Origin: Coniocarpon cinnabarinum | Lineage: Eukaryota | Length of the DNA: 20,000 nt | Assembly (NCBI GenBank): GCA_051942205.1 | Contig: JAVECO010000111.1 | Coordinates: forward strand, 57,899-77,898 | Reading direction: 5' to 3' | Part shown: one piece after another, positions 19,454-20,000 of the stretch | Numbering within the stretch: the stretch's first letter is position 1 | How the letters are laid out: each line of letters begins with the position of its first letter | The notes under the pieces: model-generated | What the model saw: only the letters and a program-made list of their open reading frames with translations | The model's database searches: none | Told to the model about the DNA's origin: nothing | Position numbers and translations under genes: made by a program

Positions 19454-20000
19454 ACGTAGTATTAGAAAATTCGGTAGTTGTAAGTTACGTAGCATAATTA
19501 CTGTATATAGAAGATAATAAGGTATCTCTATTTTTAAAAGTTTTTAAACTTTTTATTATTAATAAATAGTTAATTAATTAATAGTTATTATTATATTTTT
19601 ATTTAAATAGTTATAAGCCTAAAAGTATATTTATAAGTATATTAATAACTTATAAAAATAACTACTTAGTAGAGCTTTTTATTAAAGACTTTTTTTAATT
19701 ATAAGATTAAAAAATAGTAAAATAGTAACTATAATCTTTTTAAAGCTATAAGCTATAATAAGTTCTTAATTTTTTAGTAAATAGTAATATTAATAGTAAA
19801 AAAATAAAAGATAAATAAAAAAAAAGATTTAACTAATTAAAAAATTAAATTTAGTAACTATTAAATTTAATATTATTCTACTAGATTTTTTTTATAAATA
19901 TTTAACTTAAATTTTTTTTTATTTATTTATAATACTTATAAAATAAAAAGCTAATAAAAAAGTATTTTATTTAGTAAACTAAAAAATAAAGATATAAAAT
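19454..20000. mobile_element. AT-rich, RIP-degenerated repeat / transposon relic, truncated by window end
   Basis: Abrupt shift from roughly balanced GC content to almost pure A/T. TpA is abundant, CpA/TpG is nearly absent, and there are no ORFs. This is the typical composition of RIP-mutated repeats in Pezizomycotina. Confidence 0.8.

Overview
Eukaryotic DNA from a filamentous ascomycete (Pezizomycotina-type GT-AG introns with CTRAC branch points, and a RIP-like AT-rich block). Left half, about 0.4-11.8 kb: a secreted S1/P1 nuclease (-), a decayed NADAR/YbiA-family pseudogene (+), a class I SAM-dependent methyltransferase (-), a five-exon ketopantoate-reductase-fold Pam1/Svl3-like protein with a long Pro/Gly/Arg-rich tail (+), and a Nup53/Nup35-type nucleoporin (+). 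The most unusual feature is a gene-free stretch of about 5 kb (12140-17295). It is a cryptic, heavily diverged head-to-tail array of about 11-13 units with a period of 360-470 bp. The units share an ordered series of motifs, and several contain a nested ~10-11 bp sub-repeat. Most carry an AGGGG...CCCCT inverted pair whose flanking bases stay complementary within several units. At least one unit shows RIP-type mutations. A small Gly-rich orphan gene (-) follows, with a probable intron overlapping its apparent stop codon. A strongly AT-rich, RIP-degraded repeat starts at about 19.45 kb and runs off the window. All calls come from reading the sequence; no database searches or alignments were run.
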